In this document: positions 27,460-37,589 of the stretch, in pieces
Layout: the number at the start of each line of letters is the position of its first letter
How positions within the stretch are numbered: the first letter of the stretch is position 1
Source of the DNA: an uncultured Gammaproteobacteria bacterium
GTDB lineage: Bacteria; Patescibacteriota; Microgenomatia; UBA8517
DNA: 64,000 nucleotides
Reading direction: 5' to 3'
Assembly (NCBI GenBank): GCA_964610395.1
Contig: CAZSXP010000002.1
Location: 10,192-74,191 of the forward strand
Position numbers and translations under genes: made by a program
Notes under the pieces: model-generated
Database searches by the model: none
What the model saw: the letters and a program-made list of their open reading frames with translations, nothing else
Told to the model about the DNA's origin: nothing

Positions 27460-28494
27460 ATGGAACAACATCCAATACCACAACAAATAAGCTCATATCA
27501 ATTTAAATTGGTTGGGGATATGACATTAAAGCAATTTTTTCAAGTTGCAGGTGGTGTAATTGTTTCTTTAATTTTTTATTCCACCTCTTTGCATCCTTTG
27601 ATTAAATGGCCAATTATATTGTTTTCTGCAGGACTGGGCGCAGCTATGGCATTTTTACCTTTTGAAGAAAGACCTCTTGAAAAATGGATCATTGCCTTTT
27701 TTAGAAGTATTTATTCACCAACTTTATTTTCTTGGAAAAAAACAGACAAGCCACCTGTTTTTTACACAGAAAATGCACCAGCACCAGAAGTAAAGCTTGT
27801 TCAAACTGGTCCAACAGTTGAAAAAAATACAGAAAAATTAGAAGCGGCAGAAAAATCATTTTTACAAAAAATTGGGGGATTATTTAACAATAACCAACCA
27901 TCAACAATCAATAATCAAAGCGTAAACAAAACATCAACACCGATTGAACAACAAGTTATACCTACTACTTTTACGACGCATGTATCTTCTGTCCCAGTTA
28001 AAGATCAACAGCCAGCAATTAATAACAATTCTGCCCCTCTTTCTGTGCCTCAACAAATACCAACTGTAATTACTAAATCAGCACCACGTATAGTTGTTGA
28101 AGAATCTACCCCAATATCCCAACAACAGCCTCTAACTACCAAAATTGAGACCCAGAAAATTGAAGAGGAACCAATAACCACAAATTCTGTTGAATTTTCA
28201 GTTGATGCAGCACCACCATCTCCCCCTCTTGGACCAAACACTATTGTTGGTCAAGTAATGGATCAAGACAGAAAAATTATAGAAGGAGCTATACTTGAAA
28301 TTAAAGACTCGTCAAGTAGACCTGTTAGGGCTTTAAAAAGTAATAAAGCAGGACATTTTATAATAGTTACACCACTTTCTAATGGTAAATATGAAGTTAC
28401 TATTGAAAAAGATGGATTTGTGTTTGAACCTGTATCTTTTGAGGCAAAGGGAGAAATGATTCCACCAATAGCAATTAAAGGAACAAAAATATGA
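27460..28494 (+). CDS. prgI: PrgI-family T4SS protein with C-terminal carboxypeptidase-regulatory-like domain
   Basis: HPIPQQISSYQFKLVGDMTLKQF, 2 TMs, ERPLEKW; low-complexity linker; G.V.D......IEGA beta-sandwich. Confidence 0.8.
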   Translation: MEQHPIPQQISSYQFKLVGDMTLKQFFQVAGGVIVSLIFYSTSLHPLIKWPIILFSAGLGAAMAFLPFEERPLEKWIIAFFRSIYSPTLFSWKKTDKPPVFYTENAPAPEVKLVQTGPTVEKNTEKLEAAEKSFLQKIGGLFNNNQPSTINNQSVNKTSTPIEQQVIPTTFTTHVSSVPVKDQQPAINNNSAPLSVPQQIPTVITKSAPRIVVEESTPISQQQPLTTKIETQKIEEEPITTNSVEFSVDAAPPSPPLGPNTIVGQVMDQDRKIIEGAILEIKDSSSRPVRALKSNKAGHFIIVTPLSNGKYEVTIEKDGFVFEPVSFEAKGEMIPPIAIKGTKI

Positions 28495-29195
28495 ATGATT
28501 ATAAATTGAAATTCAGCTCCGCTATAAAAATTAAAAATTTTGTATCAAAAATTCCTTACTTTGGTACACCTGATGTTCCTTTAACCTCTACAACACAAAA
28601 CGCTCTTCCAATTGCAGATATTGTTGACGATGTTGTTTTATACAAGGATGGGGGAGCAGCAATTGTCCTTGAAACTTCATCATTAAACTTTGGTCTTCTC
28701 TCTGAAAAAGAACAGGGTGCTGTTGTTGCAGCATATGCTGCGCTTATTAATTCTTTGTCTTTTTCAATTCAAATTATGGTTAAAACACAAAGAAAAGATA
28801 TTACTGGTTATATTAAATTCTTTGACGAAGCAAGCAAAAAAATAACTAATCCAAAACTAGCTGCAATTACTGATGATTACAGACATTTTATAACTGAATC
28901 AATCAAGAAAAAGACTGTTTTAGGGAAAAGATTTTTCATAGTTATTCCTTTTAATCAACTTGAACTTGGCGTAGCAAAGTCAGCCCAATCTATAATTAAA
29001 AGGGGGCCTCTTCCTTTTCCTAAAGATTATGTTGTTAAAAAAGCAAAGGTTACTCTTTTCCCCAAAAGGGATCATCTAATAAGACAGGCGGGTCGACTTG
29101 GTTTAAAATTAAAACAATTAAGTACACAACAATTAATTAATCTCTATTACGAAGTAAATAATCCTGAGCCACCAGCAGTAAAGAAAGACATATGA
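28491..29195 (+). CDS. T4SS VirB4-associated protein (TraC/TraE N-terminal-like)
   Basis: STQ..LPIADI.DDVV, SSLNFGLLSE.EQ, INSLSFSIQI; sits between prgI and virB4. Confidence 0.72.
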   Translation: MNDYKLKFSSAIKIKNFVSKIPYFGTPDVPLTSTTQNALPIADIVDDVVLYKDGGAAIVLETSSLNFGLLSEKEQGAVVAAYAALINSLSFSIQIMVKTQRKDITGYIKFFDEASKKITNPKLAAITDDYRHFITESIKKKTVLGKRFFIVIPFNQLELGVAKSAQSIIKRGPLPFPKDYVVKKAKVTLFPKRDHLIRQAGRLGLKLKQLSTQQLINLYYEVNNPEPPAVKKDI

Positions 29196-30976
29196 CAAAC
29201 AATAAACCAATAATTACCAATCCAAACTTGTCTATCTCAAGTGGAGAAATGCTATTACATGATGCTATTGCGTCAGATAACATTGAAATTGATTTTGATT
29301 TTATCAAAGTAAATAATGTTTATTTTAGAACTATCTTTGTAGCAGGATATCCAAGGTTTGTTGCACCTGGATGGTTAGAATCCGTTGTTAATTTCAATTC
29401 ATCTCTTGATATGAGTTTTTATATATATCCAGTTGCAGGAAAATCTGTTCTTGATGATCTCAGACGTAAAATCGCAGAAATGGAGGCAGAACTTTCAACT
29501 GATATTCAAAGGGGTAAGATTGTTGATCCTGTAACCACTGCCAAACTTGAAGACGCGAGATCTCTACAAGAACAACTTGTTAAAGGAATTGAAAGATATT
29601 ATGAATTTTCATTCTACATTACAATCCCAGCCAATTCTTTAGATGAATTAAATAACATCACAAGACAAATACAGTCAACACTTGGCTCACTTTTAATCGT
29701 TGCAAAAAATGCATCGCTTGATCAAAAGGAAGGATTTTTGTCAACTGCTCCATATGGTAGAGACAGCCTTTCAATTACAAGAAACATGGACACAACCTCA
29801 GTGGCTACAACTTTTCCATTTACATCAGCAGAACTTTCTTCAGATACTGGTGTCTTGTATGGAATAAATTCACAAAACGAATCTTTTATTATTTTTGACA
29901 GATTCTCTTTGGAAAATGCAAACTTCACTATATTCGCCACTTCTGGAGCTGGTAAAAGTTACTTTGTTAAAACTGAAGCGGTTAGATCTTTGATGATCGG
30001 CACAGAAGTTATCATCCTAGACCCTGAAGCAGAATATAAAGCCCTTTGTGACGCTGTTGGCGGTCAGTATATATCTTTCTCGTATAATAGCCCTGCAAAA
30101 ATCAATCCATTTGATTTAGCCCAAATTAGAGAAGAAGGGGAGAACCAATTAGGTCTTAAGATTTTATCGCTTCATGCATTAATGAAAGTCATCATGGGAC
30201 AAATTAGCCCAACACAAGAAGCCATGCTTGATAGGGCACTTATCTTAACTTACAAAGCAAAGGGAATTACAAACGACCCAACAACCCAAACAAAAGAACC
30301 ACCTTTAATGGAAGATCTTTATAAAACATTGATTGGAATGGAAGTTCCTGAAGCACTTGATCTTGCGGCTCGTATTGAAAAATTTATCAGAGGTTCTTTC
30401 CAAGGAATATTTGACAAACAAACAAATGTTGACCTTAATAATCCATTTACAGTTTTTTCTGTTAAAGATATTCAGGATGCAATCCGTCCTATTGTCATGT
30501 TTATGATTCTTGACTACATTTGGACAAGGGTTAAAAGAGATATTAAAAGAAGAATATTAATTGTTGAGGAAGCATGGCAAATGATGAAATATCCAGACAC
30601 TGCTCAGTTTTTATGGTCTGTCGTTAAGAGAGCAAGGAAATACTATCTAGGACTTACTACAATCACTCAGGACGTTGAAGACTTCCTAAGTCAAGACATC
30701 GGGAAGGCAATTGTTACAAACTCTGCTTTACGGTTGCTTTTGAAACAATCTCCAACCGCCATAGATAAATTAGGAGAGATATTTTATTTATCGCAAGGGG
30801 AGAAGCAACTTCTAATGGCTGCAAATGTAGGAGAGGGAATTTTCTTTGCAGGACCACACCATGCACCAATTAGGATTGTTGCCTCAGAAAAAGAACATGC
30901 TTTGATTAATACCAAACCACAAGACAATCCAGCACCAACAATGCCAAACACTAAGGCGTGGAATAGACAGGATTAA
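29192..30976 (+). CDS. virB4: VirB4-family T4SS ATPase
   Basis: Walker A ATSGAGKS, ILDPEAEY, INPFD, Walker B IVEEAW, RARKY, ITQDVEDF. Confidence 0.92.
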   Translation: MTNNKPIITNPNLSISSGEMLLHDAIASDNIEIDFDFIKVNNVYFRTIFVAGYPRFVAPGWLESVVNFNSSLDMSFYIYPVAGKSVLDDLRRKIAEMEAELSTDIQRGKIVDPVTTAKLEDARSLQEQLVKGIERYYEFSFYITIPANSLDELNNITRQIQSTLGSLLIVAKNASLDQKEGFLSTAPYGRDSLSITRNMDTTSVATTFPFTSAELSSDTGVLYGINSQNESFIIFDRFSLENANFTIFATSGAGKSYFVKTEAVRSLMIGTEVIILDPEAEYKALCDAVGGQYISFSYNSPAKINPFDLAQIREEGENQLGLKILSLHALMKVIMGQISPTQEAMLDRALILTYKAKGITNDPTTQTKEPPLMEDLYKTLIGMEVPEALDLAARIEKFIRGSFQGIFDKQTNVDLNNPFTVFSVKDIQDAIRPIVMFMILDYIWTRVKRDIKRRILIVEEAWQMMKYPDTAQFLWSVVKRARKYYLGLTTITQDVEDFLSQDIGKAIVTNSALRLLLKQSPTAIDKLGEIFYLSQGEKQLLMAANVGEGIFFAGPHHAPIRIVASEKEHALINTKPQDNPAPTMPNTKAWNRQD

Positions 30977-30978
30977 TT

Positions 30979-33615
30979 ATGAATCTCGATATAATCGTCT
31001 CACTTCAAACGGATTTTGGAAAAATATATGATGAAAATTTCAAGTTAAAAGACAAAACAAGATTAGCTGATTTTAATAAAGAGCTAGAAGAAGTTGGAAT
31101 TTCTTCAAAATTAACACCAAAAGAAATTGAATTAAAACTTCAACAAATCCATGAGTTATTAGAAAAAAAACAAGAACCTCTCACAAAAACAACATTAAAC
31201 AAAGATGAATCTGAACAATTTATAAAAGAAGCAGAACAAAGAGAAGCAAATATAAAAGAAACAAGGGAGGGTCAAACAAAAGCAGTAGAGGATTTTATAA
31301 AAAGAAATCAGGAACAAGTTTCAAAAGCCCAAGCGGTTCAAGAAAAACTAAAAGATAAAGTTGTTTATGCAAAAGTAATTATTCCAGATATACCTCCTTT
31401 AAACGAAACAGAGCAAAAAGATTTAGAAATTTTAAAAGAATTTGCACAAGGAGACGAAGTTACTAGAACAAAATTAATTGATGATTTGGCTACAAAAATA
31501 GAATCCAAATTAGAAAATGTTCCTGAAGAACAAAAAACATTAATCTCAAGAACTGCAGCCGTTGAAATAGTAGAAAAATTGGCAAAACCAGAAGTTGTAA
31601 TTGAAACTCAAGTCCAAACTGCAATTTTAAGAGCTGTTTCAGAAGATAAAACAGGCGTACTTCCGAAAGTTTTAAATCAAGATGATAATTTATTACTTAC
31701 TGCAAAAAGAGGGTCAACCCTTCTTGAATTAGAAAATAGAAATTCTGAATATTTAAGTAAAAATATAGCAAAAAATATTTTTGGGTCTAAACTTACCGCT
31801 TCAATATATGGCACTGAACAAATTCAAATCATTTTAAGTGAAACAAAAATTGAAGGGCAGACTACTCATCAAATTAATTTAGGAGACTTAAACCAAAATC
31901 AAATTCAAGTTTTAAATCATCAAAATGAATTATTAAATTCTGCACAACAATTTGGGGTTAATAAAATTGAAGGATTTTTTACGAATCAATCAAGAGTGTA
32001 TCTTGCAGAAAAAATTGCAAAGTTGCCTGCAGGTAGTGTAGTCAAAAAAACATATTCATCACCAATTACTCAAACAATTTTAGCAAGATATGGATTAGCT
32101 CAGCCGGTGGTCTGGGAAACGGTGGGGCAAACAGGTTTTGTCAAATTAGCAATGCAAATTGCTCCAGATACTGCTGGGCCAATGTTAAGTCTAGCTGGAA
32201 AAGCATTAGGAAAAGAATTTGTAAAACCAGTTGTTGGAAAAGTCGCAACACAAATTGCAGTAAAAACAGGTTTTGGTGCGACAATAACAACAGCACTTTC
32301 AAGTTTAGGTGCGGCGGCTGGACCAGTAGGTCTTGCCATAACAACAGCTATTGTGGCCGCAATTACGGCAGTGGGGAAGATGATTAACTGGCCAAAGATT
32401 AAGCAGTGGTTTATTGATAATAAAGAAGTATTTGTTGGACTAGGAGCTGGTGCAGGTTTATTAATCGGTGGACCAGTTGCAGGTTTAGTTACAGGGGGTT
32501 TACTTATGGCAGCAACAGGAACGCTTGGAGCTTTTGCGATGGGAGCTTTTGGAGTTTTTGGTTTTATAGGTAGATCAATAGGGATTGCAATTGCAACACC
32601 TGTAATTATTACCCTTTTAGTTCTCCCCCCACTTGTTGCTTTTATAATGCTTGTAATAAATAACAGTGCATATGTTGTTCCACCTTTTTCATCATCTTCA
32701 TTGACAGGGGCAGACAATCCTTATTTGTTAGTTACCAAAACGGCAGAGCCTAATAAAATTAGTAACCCAACTTCAAAAACAACAGTGACATACACTGTTT
32801 CAATTAAAGCTCTTAAGGCAGCACTAACAAATATTAAGCTTGTTTCCACAGAATGCACTGTTACTTCAAAAACTAAAACTGCTGTCTGTCCTCCTGAAAA
32901 CATTCCTGAATTACCTGCTGATTTATCAATTTCACCAACTAATCCATACGCTTTTACTTTTACGGTTAATTATAGTTCGTTTTATGCGGATTCATTGGTT
33001 TATGATTCAATTGAGATTAGTGCGGATTCAACAGAAAAAACCGGAATTACAACATCAGGATCAGCAACTCTTTGTATAGGTGATTGTCCTACAGATTGTG
33101 CAAAAGTATCAGATAACGCACAAAAATGGCCAAGTAATTTAAAATCAAATTCTGAAAACGCACTCGGTAAACTTTCTTCAAAATATCAAGGTTTTATGGC
33201 AAAAGTTTGTGCAAAAAATGAAGAGATAAATCTTTGTTATAACCCTCCACAAATTTCTCCTGGCTACTTTGCTTGGCATATCCATAATGCACAGGGTAAT
33301 AAATGTGATATTTATTTTAATGAGAAGGGTTTAAAGAGTGACAAGGATGCATTATTTTTAATAACACATGAATTAACACACCATATACAAAATATTAATA
33401 GTGGAAGCGTTGAACAATATGATAACACAGGTGCTTGGTCTGAAATATCATCAAGAGGTTTTTGTACATATTCCGATACAAAAGGAAGCATAACCGAATC
33501 TATGGCTGAAGCAAACGGTTTATATGCATCAGTTCCTTCTTGGGGTTCGTGTGCGTCAAATTATAAAAATTTATATCCTAAAAACTATATGTTTGCTAAG
33601 AAATTTATGGAATAA
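30979..33615 (+). CDS. large membrane protein with Gly/Ala-rich helices, Ig-like domain and C-terminal HEXXH zinc-peptidase-like domain
   Basis: Charged helical N-half, TM region, LLVTKTA...VTYTVSI, ITHELTHHIQ...ESMAEA. Confidence 0.7.
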   Translation: MNLDIIVSLQTDFGKIYDENFKLKDKTRLADFNKELEEVGISSKLTPKEIELKLQQIHELLEKKQEPLTKTTLNKDESEQFIKEAEQREANIKETREGQTKAVEDFIKRNQEQVSKAQAVQEKLKDKVVYAKVIIPDIPPLNETEQKDLEILKEFAQGDEVTRTKLIDDLATKIESKLENVPEEQKTLISRTAAVEIVEKLAKPEVVIETQVQTAILRAVSEDKTGVLPKVLNQDDNLLLTAKRGSTLLELENRNSEYLSKNIAKNIFGSKLTASIYGTEQIQIILSETKIEGQTTHQINLGDLNQNQIQVLNHQNELLNSAQQFGVNKIEGFFTNQSRVYLAEKIAKLPAGSVVKKTYSSPITQTILARYGLAQPVVWETVGQTGFVKLAMQIAPDTAGPMLSLAGKALGKEFVKPVVGKVATQIAVKTGFGATITTALSSLGAAAGPVGLAITTAIVAAITAVGKMINWPKIKQWFIDNKEVFVGLGAGAGLLIGGPVAGLVTGGLLMAATGTLGAFAMGAFGVFGFIGRSIGIAIATPVIITLLVLPPLVAFIMLVINNSAYVVPPFSSSSLTGADNPYLLVTKTAEPNKISNPTSKTTVTYTVSIKALKAALTNIKLVSTECTVTSKTKTAVCPPENIPELPADLSISPTNPYAFTFTVNYSSFYADSLVYDSIEISADSTEKTGITTSGSATLCIGDCPTDCAKVSDNAQKWPSNLKSNSENALGKLSSKYQGFMAKVCAKNEEINLCYNPPQISPGYFAWHIHNAQGNKCDIYFNEKGLKSDKDALFLITHELTHHIQNINSGSVEQYDNTGAWSEISSRGFCTYSDTKGSITESMAEANGLYASVPSWGSCASNYKNLYPKNYMFAKKFME

Positions 33616-33622
33616 TATAAAA

Positions 33623-34216
33623 ATGAATAAAATAATTGAAATAATTAAAAGTAAAAAAATTACAATTTTAACTATTATTTCTTTATCTTTCTTAATATTT
33701 ATTGTGATAAAAATTAATAACAATAAACAAAATCCGATTGTTCAAGAAATTCCAACATCTACTCCAGTAAATAAAATTGCAGATTTTAATGAAATAATTC
33801 CTGGAAAAACAAGTTTGGAAAGAATTAATGAATTACTAGGTAAACCTTTAAACTCAACTGTTAGTGGTGAATTAAATGTTTCGAGCTATAAATCTACAAA
33901 TCAATATAGAAACCATAAAGTATATTCAAAAGACGGATTAGCTGAGCTTGTGGTAGAAGAAATAATTAATGGAAGTAAAACAGCTAATGATATTACAAAA
34001 ATTTATGGGATTGCTCCTGAAATGTTATACGAAAAAACGTTAAGTAGTGTGTTTAATTTATATATTTACCCCTCTAATGGAATTGCCTACTTAGGACACG
34101 AAGACGGGGGAATACTTGAAATTTGGTATTTTGTGCCAACAAACATTAATGACTTTATTATAAAATGGGGAAGAGATTACTCCAAAGTACCTTCAAAAGA
34201 AATTCCAAAATACTAA
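33623..34216 (+). CDS. membrane-anchored hypothetical protein, last gene of T4SS operon
   Basis: ATG 33623, N-terminal TM, I.PGKTS.E.I.ELLGKP. Confidence 0.7.
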   Translation: MNKIIEIIKSKKITILTIISLSFLIFIVIKINNNKQNPIVQEIPTSTPVNKIADFNEIIPGKTSLERINELLGKPLNSTVSGELNVSSYKSTNQYRNHKVYSKDGLAELVVEEIINGSKTANDITKIYGIAPEMLYEKTLSSVFNLYIYPSNGIAYLGHEDGGILEIWYFVPTNINDFIIKWGRDYSKVPSKEIPKY

Positions 34217-35334
34217 TTCTGTGTTTTGATTGGCATGATGATGTGAAGGAAATTAGGGGTTTTTGGATCTAGAAATTTTGAAGCTTTATTATTATCTGAA
34301 ATTTGTATTTGGATTTCATCATCTTCCACTGTTTTTAAAAATTCTTCTATAAATCTATAATTAAACATTATGTTTACCGGCGAAGCCGGCCAAGCTTCTC
34401 TTATTTCATTTCTTATTTCTAAACTAGTTTCTTGATTTCCAGAGTTTACACTCTCCGCCTTAACTGTTAATCTGTCACCTATAACCTGTAACTTAATTAT
34501 GTTCCCTGAATCTCTAGCAAAAACTGAGGCAAGTTTAATAGTTTTTTCAAATTCGTTTTTATCTATGTTTATAGTACAAATAGATGATGAAGGTATAATT
34601 TTTTCATAATCTGGGAATTCCCCTTCAATTACTCTAGAAGAAAAAATAGTATCTCCTATACCAAAAATAATTTGATTGTTTTCTTTTTCGTAAAAAAAAG
34701 AAATGTCCTCAGAACTTTCCCCTAATCTAACAATTTCATTTAGAACTGCTCTTGGTATAATAATTTTTAAATCAGGAAGTTTTGTTTCATTTTTTATTTT
34801 TATTTCTGAAAGCCTAAATCCGTCAGTTGCAACAAGATTTAGTGTTGAACCCTTAGAAACAAACAAAACACCAGTTAGAATAGGTCTGGTTTCGTCTGTT
34901 GACACTGAAAACAAGACTTTTGAAAGAGAACTAATAAATTCATTAGTTTTTAAAGTAAAAGACTTTTTATCTATGCTGTTGGGTAATTTTGGAAAGTCTG
35001 ATGAGTTTGCTCCTAATATTTTAGATTTAAAACTACCCGAAGATATTTTTATTTGTTCCTTTACAACTTCTATTTCAAGATTTCCGGAAGAAAGGTTTGA
35101 AATAACATCATTTAGTATTTTCCCATTAACTGTTATTTCTCCATCTATTTCAACTTTAGCCCCAATTGAAGTAGAGACAGATGTTTCAAGATTAGTAGAA
35201 GAAAGTATTAGTTTTGATTTTTTCGCTTGTATTAATATGTTACTTAATATTGGAAGTTGTGCTTTTTGTGAAACAAAGTGAGAAGAAAGGGCTACGGCTT
35301 TTTGTAGATTTTCTTGTAGAACGGTCAATTTCAT
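34213..35334 (-). CDS. dnaN: DNA polymerase III beta clamp
   Basis: LPILSNIL, STNLE, ETRPILTGV, VATDGFRL, IEGEFPDY, IIMPI. Confidence 0.97.
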   Translation of the reverse strand: MKLTVLQENLQKAVALSSHFVSQKAQLPILSNILIQAKKSKLILSSTNLETSVSTSIGAKVEIDGEITVNGKILNDVISNLSSGNLEIEVVKEQIKISSGSFKSKILGANSSDFPKLPNSIDKKSFTLKTNEFISSLSKVLFSVSTDETRPILTGVLFVSKGSTLNLVATDGFRLSEIKIKNETKLPDLKIIIPRAVLNEIVRLGESSEDISFFYEKENNQIIFGIGDTIFSSRVIEGEFPDYEKIIPSSSICTINIDKNEFEKTIKLASVFARDSGNIIKLQVIGDRLTVKAESVNSGNQETSLEIRNEIREAWPASPVNIMFNYRFIEEFLKTVEDDEIQIQISDNNKASKFLDPKTPNFLHIIMPIKTQN

Positions 35335-35344
35335 AATGTATTAA

Positions 35345-35470
35345 TATCATATTTTAAATAGTAGTACTAGTAGTAGGTGATGAGGATAAGAGGGTAACAG
35401 ATATGGATCAGGCAGGGGATAAACTGTGTATAAATATGTGGATAAACAATAACAAATTGGGGATAAGTTG
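35345..35470. other. replication origin oriC (DnaA boxes + DnaA-trios)
   Basis: TGTGGATAA 35437-45, TGTGTATAA 35425-33, TGGGGATAA 35458-66, AGGGGATAA 35414-22, TGAGGATAA 35381-89; (TAG)n trios 35359-35376 next to an AT-rich tract; between dnaA and dnaN. Confidence 0.88.
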
Positions 35471-35490
35471 ACAACTTTAAATAATTATCA

Positions 35491-36861
35491 TCAAAGAGAT
35501 TTTTTTATCCCCATAATATCCTCTTGAATGTCCACATTAGTTGAGAGTAAGTTTGTTATTTTTTCCACAGCACTCATTACAGTAGAATGATCTCTCCCTA
35601 CTACTCTACCAACTTCTTGGAGAGGTAAACCAACTTGTTTTCTAAGAAGATACATTAAAATTTGTCTTGGTCTTACTACAGGCAAGGCTCTTGAATCTCC
35701 CAAAAGTTGTCTTTTCCCTAATGAATAGTATTTAGCAATCTTGTTTATTAAATCTTCTGGGTTTATTTTAATTTTTTCATAATCTGCTTCGTTTGTTTTA
35801 CCTAAAAGAAATTCTACCAGCTCGTTTGTTACCTCTTTTTTATTAAAATTTACTTCAGTAAACAATTTTACTAAATATCCTTGTATTCCTCTGGCTGAGT
35901 CAATATTCCCTGCAATCATCGAAACCATTTCGTTGGTAAGAGTTATTCCCCTTTCCTCTGACTTAATTTGTACTATGGCAGATCTAAGTTCAAAGTCGGG
36001 TGGAGAAACATCAACAATTAATCCTGCTTGAAATCTAGTTTTTAATCTATCTTCTAATTTTGAAATTTCAGTTGGTTTTTTATCAGAAGTTAATATGACT
36101 TGCCCTCCTGCAGAAGTAACAGCATTAAAGGTGTGAAAAAATTCTTCTTGGGCAGTGTCTTTACCTGCAATAAACTGAATATCATCAACAAACAGCGCAT
36201 CAAGTTTTCTATATTTTTTTCTAACCTCTGCTGTTGACTTGTTTCTTATTCCATCAACAATGTCATTTGTAAAATCTTCTGCAGTACAAGCCAAAATTTT
36301 TGAACCAGTTTTTTTAACAATCATGTCGTGCCCCACTGCATGCATTAAGTGTGTTTTTCCAACTCCAACCCCACCCCAAATAAACAATGGGTTATATGAA
36401 GATCCTGGGTTTTCTGCGACTGCTTGAGCGGCGGCGTAGGCCATTTGGTTAGATCCAGAAACTGCAAATTTATCAAAAGTAAAAGGAAGTCTAAGATGAG
36501 CTTTTTTAATTGCTTCATTTATTTCGTCTTGATTTACTTTTGGTTTATCAAACAAAGGTGTGGGTTTGTCTGTTGCAGAGGATAAAACACGAGTCGTTGC
36601 TTTAACTATAAAAACAACATCAACAATTTTTTCAAACTGTTTTGTTAAGGTATCTTGGAGTATTCCTGAATATCTTTGTTCAACTTGTTGTTTAATAAAA
36701 ACAGATTCACAACCAATTTGTGCTATAACTCTTTCTCCTATTTCTTTGATATCTACTAAATGTGTATGAGACAAATATGTTTTAAAAGCAGCATCAGAAA
36801 CAGATATTTTTAATGTTTCTAAAACATCTCTCCAAGTTTTGTCGTAATTTTGTTTTTCCAT
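35491..36861 (-). CDS. dnaA: chromosomal replication initiator DnaA
   Basis: YNPLFIWGGVGVGKTHL, DDIQF, QEEFFHTFN, GRDHSTVM; start reassigned to ATG 36861. Confidence 0.97.
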   Translation of the reverse strand: MEKQNYDKTWRDVLETLKISVSDAAFKTYLSHTHLVDIKEIGERVIAQIGCESVFIKQQVEQRYSGILQDTLTKQFEKIVDVVFIVKATTRVLSSATDKPTPLFDKPKVNQDEINEAIKKAHLRLPFTFDKFAVSGSNQMAYAAAQAVAENPGSSYNPLFIWGGVGVGKTHLMHAVGHDMIVKKTGSKILACTAEDFTNDIVDGIRNKSTAEVRKKYRKLDALFVDDIQFIAGKDTAQEEFFHTFNAVTSAGGQVILTSDKKPTEISKLEDRLKTRFQAGLIVDVSPPDFELRSAIVQIKSEERGITLTNEMVSMIAGNIDSARGIQGYLVKLFTEVNFNKKEVTNELVEFLLGKTNEADYEKIKINPEDLINKIAKYYSLGKRQLLGDSRALPVVRPRQILMYLLRKQVGLPLQEVGRVVGRDHSTVMSAVEKITNLLSTNVDIQEDIMGIKKSL

Positions 36862-36902
36862 GAGTAGTATTCTAGGGCAGAAGAGTTTCCATGTTATGAA
36901 AG

Positions 36903-36911
36903 TTATCCACA
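36903..36911 (+). promoter_or_regulatory. consensus DnaA box between dnaA and rpmH
   Basis: TTATCCACA exact match. Confidence 0.8.
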
Positions 36912-36947
36912 ATATGCAATAGTCAAAAAGTATGTTAAAATAATTGC

Positions 36948-37091
36948 ATGGCGACAAAAAGAACATATCAACCACATAAACTAAAAAGAATTAAAAAATT
37001 TGGATTCATGTCTAGAAATTCCTCTATTGATGGAAGGAAAGTTTTAAATAGAAGAAGACTAAAAGGAAGAAAAAATATAGTAAATGCTTAA
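36948..37091 (+). CDS. rpmH: 50S ribosomal protein L34
   Basis: Manual translation [47 protein letters not shown]. Confidence 0.96.
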   Translation: MATKRTYQPHKLKRIKKFGFMSRNSSIDGRKVLNRRRLKGRKNIVNA

Positions 37092-37099
37092 GACCTGTC

Positions 37100-37459
37100 A
37101 TGCTTAACTCCAAATATAGATTAAAGAAAAAAATAAATTTTGCCAGAATTGAAATAGATGGTGTTATGCATCAATCAAAATCTTTTGGAATGGGAATATA
37201 TGACAGAAAAGATGGTGAAGAAACGCGTTTTGGTTTTATAATCTCAACCAAAATTTCAAAAAAGGCAGTTGTTAGAAACAGAATCAAGCGAATAATGTCA
37301 GAAGTTATTAGAATTAATTTAAATAAACTTAAAAATGGTTACGATGTATTATTTTTAATTAAACACCAAGCTGTTAAAATGAATAAAATCGAGTTAGAGA
37401 AAGAAACATATGAGACTATTATTAAAAATATACAAATTGACACTGTCACCCATTCTTAA
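37100..37459 (+). CDS. rnpA: RNase P protein component
   Basis: RLKK..F, RFGFIISTKISKKAVVRNRIKR. Confidence 0.95.
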   Translation: MLNSKYRLKKKINFARIEIDGVMHQSKSFGMGIYDRKDGEETRFGFIISTKISKKAVVRNRIKRIMSEVIRINLNKLKNGYDVLFLIKHQAVKMNKIELEKETYETIIKNIQIDTVTHS

Positions 37460-37589
37460 ATACATGTTTGGTGGTGGAGGCTGTAAATACTCGCCTACTT
37501 GTTCTGAATACACAGTAGATGTAATTGAAAAATATGGTATTATAAAAGGCGTGCCAATGGCCGTTAGAAGAATAATGAGCTGCAAGTGA
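37410..37589 (+). CDS. yidD: membrane protein insertion efficiency factor
   Basis: Manual translation ...CKYSPTCSEY...IEKYG..KG...AVRRIMSC; position between rnpA and yidC. Confidence 0.9.
   Translation: MRLLLKIYKLTLSPILKYMFGGGGCKYSPTCSEYTVDVIEKYGIIKGVPMAVRRIMSCK

Noticed and set aside
36862-36975. N-terminal extension of DnaA in the ORF track
   Set aside because: Overlaps rpmH and the DnaA box; ATG 36861 with its own -10 is the better start
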